DNA from: Lama glama
Taxonomy: Eukaryota
Direction of reading: 5' to 3'
Length of the DNA stretch: 64,000 nt
Assembly (NCBI GenBank): GCA_028534125.1
Contig: CM052816.1
Coordinates: forward strand, 19,344,001-19,408,000
This document shows positions 22,575 through 33,787 of the stretch, piece by piece. The translations under genes were made by a program, and so were the position numbers. Position 1 is the stretch's first letter, and each line of letters starts with the position of its first letter. The notes beneath the pieces are model-generated. The model was not told the DNA's origin, did no database searches, and saw nothing but the letters and a program-made list of their open reading frames with translations.

Positions 22575-23525
22575 AGCGTTTTTACAACCAGGAATACAAG
22601 CAGACCAATGGAACAGGAGAAAATGCGTAAAGAGACACAAAGCACATACAGGAATTTAGTACATGATACAGGTAGCATTTCTGTTTGGTGGAGTTGAAAT
22701 GGATTAGTCAATAAATGGTATCAGGACAGCTGATTGTTAATTTTTATTGGTGGCAAGGGATGGAATAGTTAAATCCATACCCTTCTCCCTAAACAATAAC
22801 AAATTCTAAATGGTACAGAGATTCAGACATAAATAATAAAACCTTGCAAGTTTTCAAGGAAAACATGGGTGAATAGCTTTTAAATCTTTCAAGGGAGAGG
22901 GATGCTTTCTAAGCGTGTTATTTGAAAAATTAAAAATCATAAAGGAGAAAACTTTAACCACATAAAAACCTAAAACCCCTAGTTAAAAAAAAAAACTTCC
23001 AGGTTAAATGAGATCTTTGCAAGTCATACAACAAAGAGCTATTCGTCAACGAACATTTATGAAAAGACTGTGAGTACCAGTTGCTGCATTTCTAACATTC
23101 AAAGAGCTCTTGCTGACAGTTCTTTAAAGTGAGCCCTCAGTAGAAAAATGAGCAAAGGACATGAACAAGTCGTTTGTAAAAGAAGAAATACAAAATGGCC
23201 GCTAAGAAGCAAATAAACACAAACAGATGCAATATATAATTTTTCTACTTCCATACGCAAAGAATGAAAACATGAACAAAACCCTGGCTGGCTGGAGTGT
23301 GGGGAAAGGCACAGTCATGCAGGATGAGTGCCCTTTGAGGGGAGCAATCTGGCATGATGTAATAAAAATGCATACCCTTTGGCTCTACAAAGAGACACAC
23401 CTACAAAGATGTTCACTGAAGATTGTTTATAATAAAGAAAAATTAGAAATAACAACAGAAATATACATGAAGGGAAGACTAGCCAAGTAAGTTATGATAT
23501 TCATAACACACTCTGTAACCATGTA
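22575..23525 (+). mobile_element. Ancient L1 (L1M-type) ORF2 3' end and 3'UTR, degraded
   Basis: agaccaatggaacag...ggaatttagtacatgatacaggtagcattt...tcaataaatggt...agaaaaatgagcaaaggacatgaacaag; A-rich sense-strand L1 pattern. Confidence 0.8.
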
Positions 23526-25604
23526 AACCAGCTGGAGAGCCGGGAAGCTCAAGGCTCCATTAGCAAACATCACAAGGGTGGCAGCAAGATACAGTCTGGG
23601 AGGGGAGATGCTTGAGCACAAACGACCCTTGGGAAACAATGGAACGATTACACTTTGCCCACTGTGGGAGAGACAAGGTGATGCGGGTGGAGGGGGAACC
23701 CAGAGAAGAAACTGCACACGTCCAGAGGGGCGACCTCCATGCTCTGGGATGGAGGGCGGGGGCCTTGTGAATCACATCCTGACCACCTACCCTCCCCAGG
23801 GTGAAGAGAGGGGGTGGCTTTCTCCAACATCTCAGGCAGGAAGGCCCTCCACGTTAACAGGTGGGCACTGAGGGCCCAGTGTCCGGATGGAGAATCAGTG
23901 GTTCAGGAACCAGGCCCATCCTCGGGCAGAGCCTTCAGGCCAGGACCCACACTCTGGCCCCCACACATGTGGGGTTCACCTGATAGACTGGCCTCACCTG
24001 AGATCTACAGGCTTCCTGGGTCCAGGCCTTGGTTCGGAACCCACCACTGATGTCCATCCACAAAATGGACATGGGTCACCAGGCCTCAACACTAGGGGCC
24101 ACAGTGCAGGTCAGGGAGAAGGCAGGACCAGCAGCACCCAGGGTAGAGAAGAATCTGATGAGGACATCTGGGAGATCAGATTGACTAGCCCAGGGGTTCT
24201 CGGGCCTCTGAAGGAAATCTTAGCATAGAAATCTCTGCTCCAACAAAGGTTAAAATGGAACCCCAGGTAGAAAACCCACGTGCCCACCCCCAAGAAGGCA
24301 GTTACATGGGCAGGACAGTTTGGGGGCCTTGGACCTGTGGCGTGTCAACTCTGCCCTTGCTCCTCTCTGAGAGGAGATGAGGAAGAGGCAGAGTCCTGCC
24401 CTCCGGAGGCACACAGCCAGGTGGGGAGAAGGGACTCCACAGAGGGGCTGGAGGGGCAAGTGCTCACATTGGCCAGCTGAACGTCAGACTGGCGCCTGGG
24501 GCCGGGAGTACAGACAGTTCAGGAGGGTCTGAAGGTCCAATATGGGAAACAGGCAAAGTCAACCTCGGCTTCCAGGGAAGAAACACTCACAGGACAAGCC
24601 CAAAAAGAGGCCCCCGCCAGGAGGTGGCTGAGTCTGTCATGGCCAGTACAGGAGCAGTGAGGGGACAGGCTGTGTGAGAGGGAGCAGGGGCCGACCTGGG
24701 GAGCCGCCAAGAACTCAAGGAGGTAACCACTGAGCAAGTTTGCTCTGCTGGGTGAAAGCCAGGGTTGGAACGCGATAGGAAGCTCAGCCCCACGCTCCTG
24801 TGGCCACCCGTGCACCCACCGGCCTTCCCTCCCAGCAGGCAGCACCAGGTCATTCCAGGACCCTGGTGGGGGTGCTGGGCTCTCAGCAAACAGGAGGAAA
24901 GGGGATCAACACTCACAGGCCCGGCATTTGGGGCCGTCTCCAGGCAGAGAACGACGCAGCTGCAGGGGTCCTAGGCCCATTGCACAGTAAACCCTGGCAG
25001 CAGGTGATGGGAAACCTCTGAAGAGTTTTACCCAGGCCTGGCTTGACTTTGGCCAGAGGATGAGGGAGAAGAAGAGGAAGAGGACTTACAGAGAGATCAC
25101 CTGGGTAGAGGAGCCACGGTGAGGCCAGACCCAGGCAAGGCAGGGGCCGTGGCCATGGAGAGAGATAAATATTAGAAAAATACTTCAGAAGCAGAAGGGG
25201 TGGCACTATCCTCCACACAGACTGGAAACCTGGACCTTTCTGGGCTCTTTCTTATGCCCTTGGCCTAATTAACCCCCATAAGGGCTCCATCCATGGGAGA
25301 GGCAGCAGGCCTGGAAGGGGGGTGTGGACAAAGACCGTCAGCTTGACTGAGGGGCTGGGGAGCACTGGCCACCTGCAGGACACACTGCTATGCTTGGTCA
25401 CGTCCTGGATGGTGTCTCCCCCAAGGCCAAATCCCCTGAGTGCCAAGCATAATATAGCAGGAGCTCAGCTTGGCTCGTTCCTGTCAGGACCTGCCTGACT
25501 GAATGAAGGATGCCCCGTGGACAGTTGGACGCCCACCTCTGGAGGTCCAGGCAAGGATGGCGTCTAGTGAGAGAAACGGGTGTCATCAGCAAAGAATGGC
25601 AGTG

Positions 25605-25810
25605 GCCGAAGCTTTCTGAGTGCTCACGCACTGTTGGACACTGTTCTGGGAGCTTTACGGAGATTAAGTCAGTCAGGCCTCACAACCACCCTCAAAGTAA
25701 GCATTGTTATCATCCCCGGTTTACAGCTGAGGAAACTATGTCACAGAGAAGTTGAGCAACTTGCTAAAAGTCACACAGCTTGGAAATTGTAGAGCCAGGA
25801 CTGGCCCCAT
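25605..25810 (-). mobile_element. MIR SINE
   Basis: cctcacaaccaccct...tttacagctgaggaaactatgtcacagagaagttgagcaacttgctaaaagtcacacagct. Confidence 0.8.
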
Positions 25811-26289
25811 TTAACTGCTATACTGTGGAAATCAAGCCAAGAAGAGATGGGAGAGTTAGCAGAGGGAGAAAAGAAAAGGTCCAAGGACAGAGCCCAAGGC
25901 ACTAGCCATGAACCAGGAGCAGCCGAAGGAGGCAAAACCATGAGTGAGGAGGAAAAAGGAGCAGGAGGAAGTCAGGAGCACTGCCTCGCAGGGGGAGCGG
26001 TCAGCATGTACCTGACTGAGTCAATGAACTAACGAGCAAGTGATGGCTAAGGAACAGAGGTGATGCAAACGCCATGAAGCAGACAGCTGGAGGCAAGAGA
26101 GTGGGTGCCCACTGCAGAAAGGCCAAGAGGGCCCCAGACTTAGAACTGACAAGAAGCTGTCACCACAGCCAGCCCACAGGACTAGGTGCTCAGCCTGGGG
26201 ATGGCTGGGCCTGAGAAGGCCCCAGTCTGCTCTGCACGGCTACAAAACAGTCACCTTCTCTCCATCCGCAGGGACTCTTCCTCTAGGCC

Positions 26290-26600
26290 AAGGTCTTTCG
26301 AGTGTGGAAAGGATTTGTTCCCCAAACAGTTCACAGCCATTTCTAAAGCTCACCCTGCAAAATGTTGCCGATTTATAACCAGAAATTGCTCCATAACCAA
26401 GCTAGACAAAGAAGAGTGGCAACTCCATATTGTCTTTGATTTTGCTTTAAATAAGAAGAACTCCGAATCGAATCCTTGACCAGATCCAAGTTACTCCTTT
26501 TCCCCATATATGGCCGGATCCACTGATTGCCAGGACAAGTCATATTTTCCTTATTAAGCAATATACAAAGTTAGCAAACAGAGCCTGCTCACTGCCCCAC
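26290..26600. promoter_or_regulatory. Candidate enhancer with a perfect CArG box
   Basis: CCATATATGG at 26504-26513 immediately followed by CCGGAT; CTTTGAT upstream; AT-rich non-repeat context. Confidence 0.4.
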
Positions 26601-26739
26601 ATCCGAATCCCAACTGTCATAGCTGAAGCAAGGGCCTGACAAGGCTGAGAGAATCCAGGGGCCCCTGCAGCAGCCTGGGGGTCAGGGAGCCTGTCCCAGG
26701 TTAGCCCAACACTGACTCGGGCTCTGGGCATCAACAACA

Positions 26740-26950
26740 GTAGTGCCTACTGGGTACCAGCCTCTGAAAAAAGTCATGTTGAATCCTGATAACAAACCCA
26801 AAGGTGTGAGTATTATTATCTCCATCTTCCAGATGAGCAGAGTGAGGCACAGAGAGGTCACCTAATCTGTTCAAGGTCATCCAGCTGGGATGGCAGAGGT
26901 GGAGAAGGACCCACCTCTGTCTGATTTCATAGCCCATCTTCTTTTCACCT
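26740..26950 (-). mobile_element. MIR SINE
   Basis: tattattatctccatcttccagatgagcagagtgaggcacagagaggtcacctaatctgttcaaggtcatccagct. Confidence 0.75.
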
Positions 26951-28939
26951 CCCCATGGGTCATCTCTCCTCTCTAGGTATCAGTTTACCCCTCTGCCAAC
27001 TGAAATGGCTGGAAAAACAATTTCTTAGCCCCTCCAATTCTCACATCAGCACTTGGTCTGTTACAGGGTATCAGAATCTTCCAAAGTGCCCTTTAGTCAA
27101 GGTCAGGAATGGATGAAGGGTAACAGGTGTGTGGAGACATGACCCGCCCCAGCCCCAGCAGAGTCCTGAGGCGACAGCATGGAGCAGCATGGGGCGTCTG
27201 CCCGTGTCTGGAACTGAGAAGAGTCTCACTCCTCTCTGCTCAGTGCCCAGATTTTTCCAACTCTTCAAGGCATCCCCCTCCAGGAGCCATTCTGCCCTGC
27301 AGAGTCCACACCATGTCCACAGCCTGCTGTCTGGGCCTCACAAGCCTGCCTTTGATTCCTAGTCCCCTCTGGAATTTGACACCTAGAACATACAAAGCTG
27401 ACGGAATCAGTGTGGGATTGATGGACGAGGCCTGAAAGCCCCATTCTTCCAGGTGGATGGACCCAGCGTGGCCCTGAAACAGATGGGGCCCGTGCCCCAC
27501 CGGGCATCTTTGGAAAGACTGGGGCCCCTTCTCCAGGTCACTGCTCCTCCTCAGAACCTCCCGGGTGGACAAGTGGTTAAACCTGTGGGCTGTGGGGCTC
27601 CAGGCCAGGCCTCCAGATGTGAGCCTCTGGAGGTGGGTCTCCAACCTGCACGTTTAACCAGCACCCAGGATTTCACAGTGGCCTCAATGTGACCCACCGT
27701 CCGAGGGCAGTGCCTGCTGGTTTCTCCCGAGGCCCTCCCTCCTCATATCTTTGTTCCTTTCTCCTCCTCCTCTCTACATGCAAGCCCCAAACACACATAA
27801 ACTGTGGGGCCCCCATAAAATGCCACACACCTGTGACTTTACAAGTTGCATTTTTGGCGTTTTTTACATTAATTTAACAACAATAAACATAAGAATAAAC
27901 TGGCACTTCAAGCTGTTTTTCACACTCCCAGGAGCAACAGCATCTTAATCCACATGGGAGTGAAAAGTGAACCTTTCTAGTTTCCACCTTCTTGGGGCCC
28001 CACCATCCTTACCTCACCTATTGGAGTATGTTTTGCAGAGATTACTACCAATGGATCAGTTCAATGAATCAATTAAAAATCAGCTAAGTGAACACACAAA
28101 TGAACATCTAACCATTAAGAAGCCAGTCTCAAGCAGTTGATCTGTTTCACATTGGTAAAATTTTTAAAAGAATAGCAAAGGTTCCAAGAAATGACTATTA
28201 CCCTTGGATCGCAGAAGTGTTTTAATCCGTGATGACAGTTTGTCTTGTATCATAACCTGACATCCCTTTTCCAAGCAGCCGTTGACTGAGTGCTGTGGTT
28301 TTCTAAAGACACCTCATCTCACCCTGTGACCAGACACCCCTGACCCTCTACAGTTTGGAACCATTTCCTAGAGGTCAGCCCCCCAGAGCCATCCCCATCC
28401 AGATTATTTCAGACATCCCTGTCTTCTTTCTTGTTTTGAGTTAGAACCAAATGTTTATCATTTTAATTAGTAGTATGTATTTTTGTAACACTTTCAAATG
28501 ATACAGAAGTGTAAAAAGTAAAACATGGCAGCCCGACCCCAGCCTGGGCAGATGGGGTGGCAGCCTCCCTTCTTCTCAGGACACCCCATGGTCTGCGTCA
28601 CTCTGCTGGCTCCTTTGAAGTCCCTGGGTGCAGCTCTCACTGTTTCATTCCACCTGCAATTCCTGAGACCCAGGCAGGGGTCACCAAGTGCTGGGTGCCC
28701 TCAGTGCCATTGCCCTCAACAACAGAACATCTCTGCCTGGCCCCCCACAGTCACTTCTCTCCACCCCAAACCATCTTCCCTTCAGTGCCTGATCACCGTG
28801 CTTTCACTTTTCTATGTTGACTTATCAAAATTAGTAACACACCTCGCTGCTCAACACCAGCCAGAATTCTCCATCCCAGAGGGAGTTCTTCCATGTTCCC
28901 CCAAGACCCAGGCCCTGCCTACCTTTCCAGACTTAGTCT

Positions 28940-29330
28940 CCTAGCTAACTTCCAAACATCAGCTGAACATCCCCACTCCCCTACCCGCTACAAGCCCCTA
29001 CTCTCCTGTCTCCTTAAATTTGCTCAGGACTGTCCTACCTGGAAGCCTTCTCTACCCCAACTTTGCAGGACCAAATGGCTTCTTCATATGCCATGACTCA
29101 ACCCCTAGGCTTCCTCCTCCGTTAAGCCCTGACTGATGCCCCCAGCTAAAGCAACAGTGATACCTCCCTCTCTGACATGTATAATATCAGGAGGAGACAT
29201 TTCTCCCATGTCTCCACCCATCAGGTGGACCATGGACACCATGAGGGCAGAGATCATGTGTTAGGCACTTGACTTCTCCAGAGATCTTGACAGTAACAAG
29301 GACATAAAAGACACACAAATAAACAGACAA
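28940..29330 (+). mobile_element. L2 LINE 3' portion, degraded
   Basis: tttgctcaggactgtcctacctggaagccttc...ccatgagggcagagatcatgtg. Confidence 0.55.
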
Positions 29331-30086
29331 CTAAAGAACATTGTGTAGACGGAAGAAGCATGAAGTCGCTTGAACTGCAAGATACATGCCACTAAGGAAC
29401 ATTATGAAAGATGCAAAATGTGTAGGTGCTAAAAATCACAATTCCAGTGGAAGGTGAAAAGGCTCAGATTTTTGAGACATGTCCCCTGAGAAACAGTATT
29501 CTAGGCAAGGGCAGCAACTCAAGCAAAGTCAGAGGCAAGAAGTAGTAGAAAATGAAGATGGGGAGCAAGACCAGGTCAGAATCAGAGGTACTGAAGCCCA
29601 GGAAAGAAGTTCAGAGTCAGACTACTGACAATTTAGAGCCACAAGGTGGATACTGAGACGGTGACCTATTGGTTGAGTTGAAAAACACATCTCATCTTCT
29701 CACATTAGCTAAAGATTTTCTCTGCCTGAAATGACCTTCTCCACCTTATCTTCTCAGGATCCAACCTTCCCATCCTCCAAGGTTGACAAGCCACCTTCTC
29801 CATGAAACCAGCGGCTGAAAACCAAAATACAAAATCTCACCTTCAGAAGAATCCAATGTCAGAAATAGATAGGAAGGCTCTCATAGAGTTTTACTGGCTT
29901 TCCTCAGTATGGAAGGATAACGCTACTCGAGTTAATTCAACAATATTTGCCAACACGTAGCATGTGGCAGATGCTTGTCCCCGCAACCTGAGGATACTGA
30001 ATCTGGCCTCATGAGCACATATTTATACTGACTAACACAGAGTAGGAAGGGGAGTAAGAGAAGACTTCCTTATGAAATGACAATCA

Positions 30087-30214
30087 GGGGAAGGTTATAG
30101 CTCAGTAGTCGAGCACGTGCTTAGCATGCATGAGGTCCTGGGTTCAATCCCCAGTATCTCCATTAAATAAATAAACCTAATTACCTCCCCTCACCAAAAA
30201 AAATTTAAAAAGTG
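30087..30214 (+). mobile_element. Camelid tRNA-derived SINE (Vic-1-like), full length
   Basis: A-box tagctcagtagtcgag, B-box ggttcaatccc, 3' module aacctaattacctcccc plus A-tail; TSD tgaaatgacaatcag (30073-30087) / tgaaacgacaatcag (30215-30229). Confidence 0.9.
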
Positions 30215-30254
30215 TGAAACGACAATCAGTAAAGATCAAAAGGATTCAATCCAC

Positions 30255-30575
30255 ATTAATTTATATGTATTCATCTGAGAAATACATGAATACCTACCAT
30301 GTGCCAGGCACTGAATGCCCAGAAATTGGCCACGCAGAGGCGAGTAAGAGGGATGGGAACATTCAAGGTAAAAGAGACAGAATCTGCAAAGAGGTCAATG
30401 TAAGAGTCACAGGACCAGGTTCAGCTGTTAAGGAGGGTCAGCCAGATCAGAGAAGGTGGAAAGATTTGCAAGAGATGATGAAGGCTTGAACTAGAGCAGT
30501 GGCAGTTGGCTCAGGTGGTAAGAAGTGGACACATTTGGGAGAAAGAATGGAGGCAGAGTCTATAGATCTGGGTGA
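30255..30575 (-). mobile_element. L2 LINE fragments
   Basis: tattcatctgagaaatacatgaatacctaccatgtgccaggcactg...gagatgatgaaggcttgaactagagcagtggcag. Confidence 0.65.
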
Positions 30576-30619
30576 TATGTGCAAAGAGAGGAAACCACAA
30601 GCATCCTAAGCTCCACCCC

Positions 30620-31340
30620 ACCCAGGTTCCCGAGGAAGGAGTCCCTCATATCCCCTCCTTTTCCCTCGGCTGCAGCATCCTCTCCATGCACAAGTCCTGC
30701 TGATTCTTCCTCCAGTTCTGCCCATCCTGTGGCTGCCACAGCCTCCCACTGGGATGACCAAAAAGCTTCCTAACTGGTCCCGCCTCCCAGACCCTCCCTC
30801 TTCCCCATATTAGCCAGGGTGATCTTTAAATGCAGATCTGCCCCTGTCAAGCCCCTACACAAATATCCTTCTAAGTCAAGCCCTCCATGTGATTCATGGG
30901 TTCTGGAGATCCAGCCCCTCTCTCACCTCTCCCTGCCCCCTCCTCCCCACCCCCTCACCACCCCTCTCTTCCCCAGTGGTGCTGCCCTTCCTTCCATCCC
31001 AGAAGTGCTTGCCTCCCTCCTCCCTAGGCCTTTGTGCATGCTATTCCCGCTCCCCTACCACCCCGGCCTTGATCACACTTCCTGGCCCCTCCACCTGACC
31101 TGCCATCCCCATCCTTCGGGTCTATTTTGTGCAGGAAGCCTTCCCCAGCCACTGCAGCTCCATGCCAGCCCTGGGTGCTCCCACAGCCCTGAGGTTCCCT
31201 TTACGTGTCTACCCATCTCCTCCTGCACCACCCAGTACCTGAGAGAACACCCCATCATCACAGAAAGGCCTATTGGACAGCACTGCCCTGGACCATAAGC
31301 TCCACCTGGGCAGGGCCTGAGTCTGTACTGCCCTCACTGT
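30620..31340 (+). mobile_element. L2 LINE 3' portion
   Basis: cttcctaactggtcccgcc...gccagggtgatctttaaatgcagatctg...ggaagccttcccc...taagctccacctgggcagggcc. Confidence 0.7.
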
Positions 31341-32139
31341 CACCCAGGGCCTGGGAGGTGGTGGGAAGCTAGCTCCATGTGGGCTGAACGAGTGAAGGGG
31401 CGGCTGAGAAGGAAGGAAGTGGAGGCAGGCAAGTGAAAGGAGGCCCATCTCCAGTGTGTAGGGGCCTTGCTTTAATGGATGTGGGCTTTCCACTTGGGGG
31501 CTGGGCATCAGGGGAAGACATCCCCTCTGGAGAAGTGTCACAGGGCTGGCGCAGCAAAGGGAGAGCAGCCACCAGGGACAGGAATGTCCTTCAGCTGTTC
31601 ACCCCAGGGGAACAAGCACACAGTCCCACTCTTCCCTCAGCAGCTCCCCTCCCAGCCTAGCCCATGAGGAAAACCTTTCACACAGAGGGCGGTCCCCCCA
31701 AACCCTCCCCAGTGAGAGGAGGCCGCACCCACACGTCAGGCTGGGCAGGTGGGCCAGGCTCTGCCATGGAGGGTGAGTGTTTTGAGGCTAACCCGAGACC
31801 CTGAGCCAGTCAGACTTGGCCTTCAGGCCTGCCCAGGATCTCTGGCTCCCTCTGCTCCTCAGGTTCCACCCAAATCCTTGAGGTCTGAGTGTTCCCTGAG
31901 TCTGTCAGGACTAAGTGCAGAAGCACAAGCCACACCATTGACACCCCCTCCCCCCGTCCTCCCCCACCAACCAGACTCCAGCGCCCCACTCCAGCACTGC
32001 CACACCTGAGTGGTCCTTCCACAACCAGGGGATGCTGCGCCCTGGCGCCGAGACCCAGGGTGAGCCAGAGGGGGATGTACAGCCCAACAGTAGAGAGGCC
32101 AGGTGCCAGCTCCAGATGCTACAGAGTTGTTTAAAGTCA

Positions 32140-32258
32140 ACTGTCTCCCAGGGAGGTGGTTACATGGGTGGTTGCTTTATAATGATTTGTCAAACTGAAC
32201 ATTTTCCTATATGTGCTGTATTTCACAATTTTTCACAGGTTAAAAAAAGAAAAGAAAA
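32140..32258 (+). mobile_element. L1 3' terminus (L1MC-like) with A-rich tail
   Basis: ggtggttacatgggtggttgctttataatgatttgtcaaactgaacat...tgtatttcacaat...aaaaaaagaaaagaaaa. Confidence 0.65.
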
Positions 32259-32669
32259 GGTAACCGTCTTCGTGGAATGTAAACTGGTGAATGTCAAATC
32301 TCAGGCCGGTGCCAGAATTACCACCCAGGACTTGGCCACTCACAGGGCCCTGTGCCGGGCAGACCAATGAGTCAAGCAGCCCAGAGGGCCACTCTGCCTC
32401 TGGGACCAGCCAGTTGCAGGCCTGTGCTGATGGGGGACAAGGCTGTGCCCATCTCTTAATCAGTGCCTTTGTGAGGGGAGGGGGATAAACTGAGGAGGGC
32501 ACACACTGAGCTCTGGATCACCCCCCACCAGCACAATGCCTCTCCCCACTGCCACGCAGCCTGCTGGCCTCTGGATCCCGGGGCCCACAGCACCCAGACA
32601 GCAAAACTGGGGATGAACTGGGTTCTGAGGACTCCCTTCCGAAGAGAGAATAACACACCCCACAGAAAG

Positions 32670-33287
32670 TAAGCAGTTCACACAATGGCTGTGACACACA
32701 GAGAGGCGCAGCCTTACTATTCAAAGAAGTGCAAATCAAAGCAGCAATGAGATGCGTTTTCACCCATCTGACTGGCAACGATAAAAGTGTGATAAGACAG
32801 GAGCAGGTAAAGAGACAAGGAAAAGGCCCCTAACATACCTAGGAGAGGAATGAACTGCGCCTGTCTTGGAGGGCAACCTGGCACTATCTGCCAATATCCC
32901 AGCTGTGCACGCCCATTCGGCAGCTCCACTTCCAGGAAATACCTAAGGAGACAAAAGGACAGCCTGCAAAGATGTGGCTACACTGACATTCAGAGCAGCA
33001 CTCTTTGCAGTAAAAAAACTAGGAAGCGTCCTAACCGTCTGTTAATAAGGGCCTGGCTGTGTAAGTTACAGCCTAAGAGAACACTATGCAGTTTGGCAAG
33101 GAGAAAGTGGCAGCTTCTAATTTATGATTGAAAGACGTCCAGGATCTAGTGATGGGGGAAGGACTGGTTACACAAGAGTGCAGTGTAGCATGAATTCGTG
33201 TATATGTGAAGGGTATATATGTTTACACGTGTATTTCAGCATACACATGCAAATAGTTCATAAAGGCCAAACTATTGGAACAATAAA
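32670..33287 (+). mobile_element. Ancient L1 (L1ME-like) 3' region, truncated by the gap
   Basis: aaagaagtgcaaatcaaagcagcaatgagatgcgttttcacccatctgactggcaa...cttggagggcaacctggca...ccacttccaggaa. Confidence 0.75.
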
Positions 33288-33787
33288 NNNNNNNNNNNNN
33301 NNNNNNNNNNNNNNNNNNNNNNNNNNNNNNNNNNNNNNNNNNNNNNNNNNNNNNNNNNNNNNNNNNNNNNNNNNNNNNNNNNNNNNNNNNNNNNNNNNNN
33401 NNNNNNNNNNNNNNNNNNNNNNNNNNNNNNNNNNNNNNNNNNNNNNNNNNNNNNNNNNNNNNNNNNNNNNNNNNNNNNNNNNNNNNNNNNNNNNNNNNNN
33501 NNNNNNNNNNNNNNNNNNNNNNNNNNNNNNNNNNNNNNNNNNNNNNNNNNNNNNNNNNNNNNNNNNNNNNNNNNNNNNNNNNNNNNNNNNNNNNNNNNNN
33601 NNNNNNNNNNNNNNNNNNNNNNNNNNNNNNNNNNNNNNNNNNNNNNNNNNNNNNNNNNNNNNNNNNNNNNNNNNNNNNNNNNNNNNNNNNNNNNNNNNNN
33701 NNNNNNNNNNNNNNNNNNNNNNNNNNNNNNNNNNNNNNNNNNNNNNNNNNNNNNNNNNNNNNNNNNNNNNNNNNNNNNNNNNNNNNN
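33288..33787. other. Scaffold gap, exactly 500 N
   Basis: Round-number run between two LINE-type repeats, typical of a fixed-length scaffolding gap. Confidence 0.95.

Noticed and set aside
30087-30160. tRNA-like sequences with A and B boxes (also at 36.7, 47.7 and 61.4 kb)
   Set aside because: They are SINE heads: diverged from each other, with A-rich tails or 3' modules and TSDs, so not tRNA genes.
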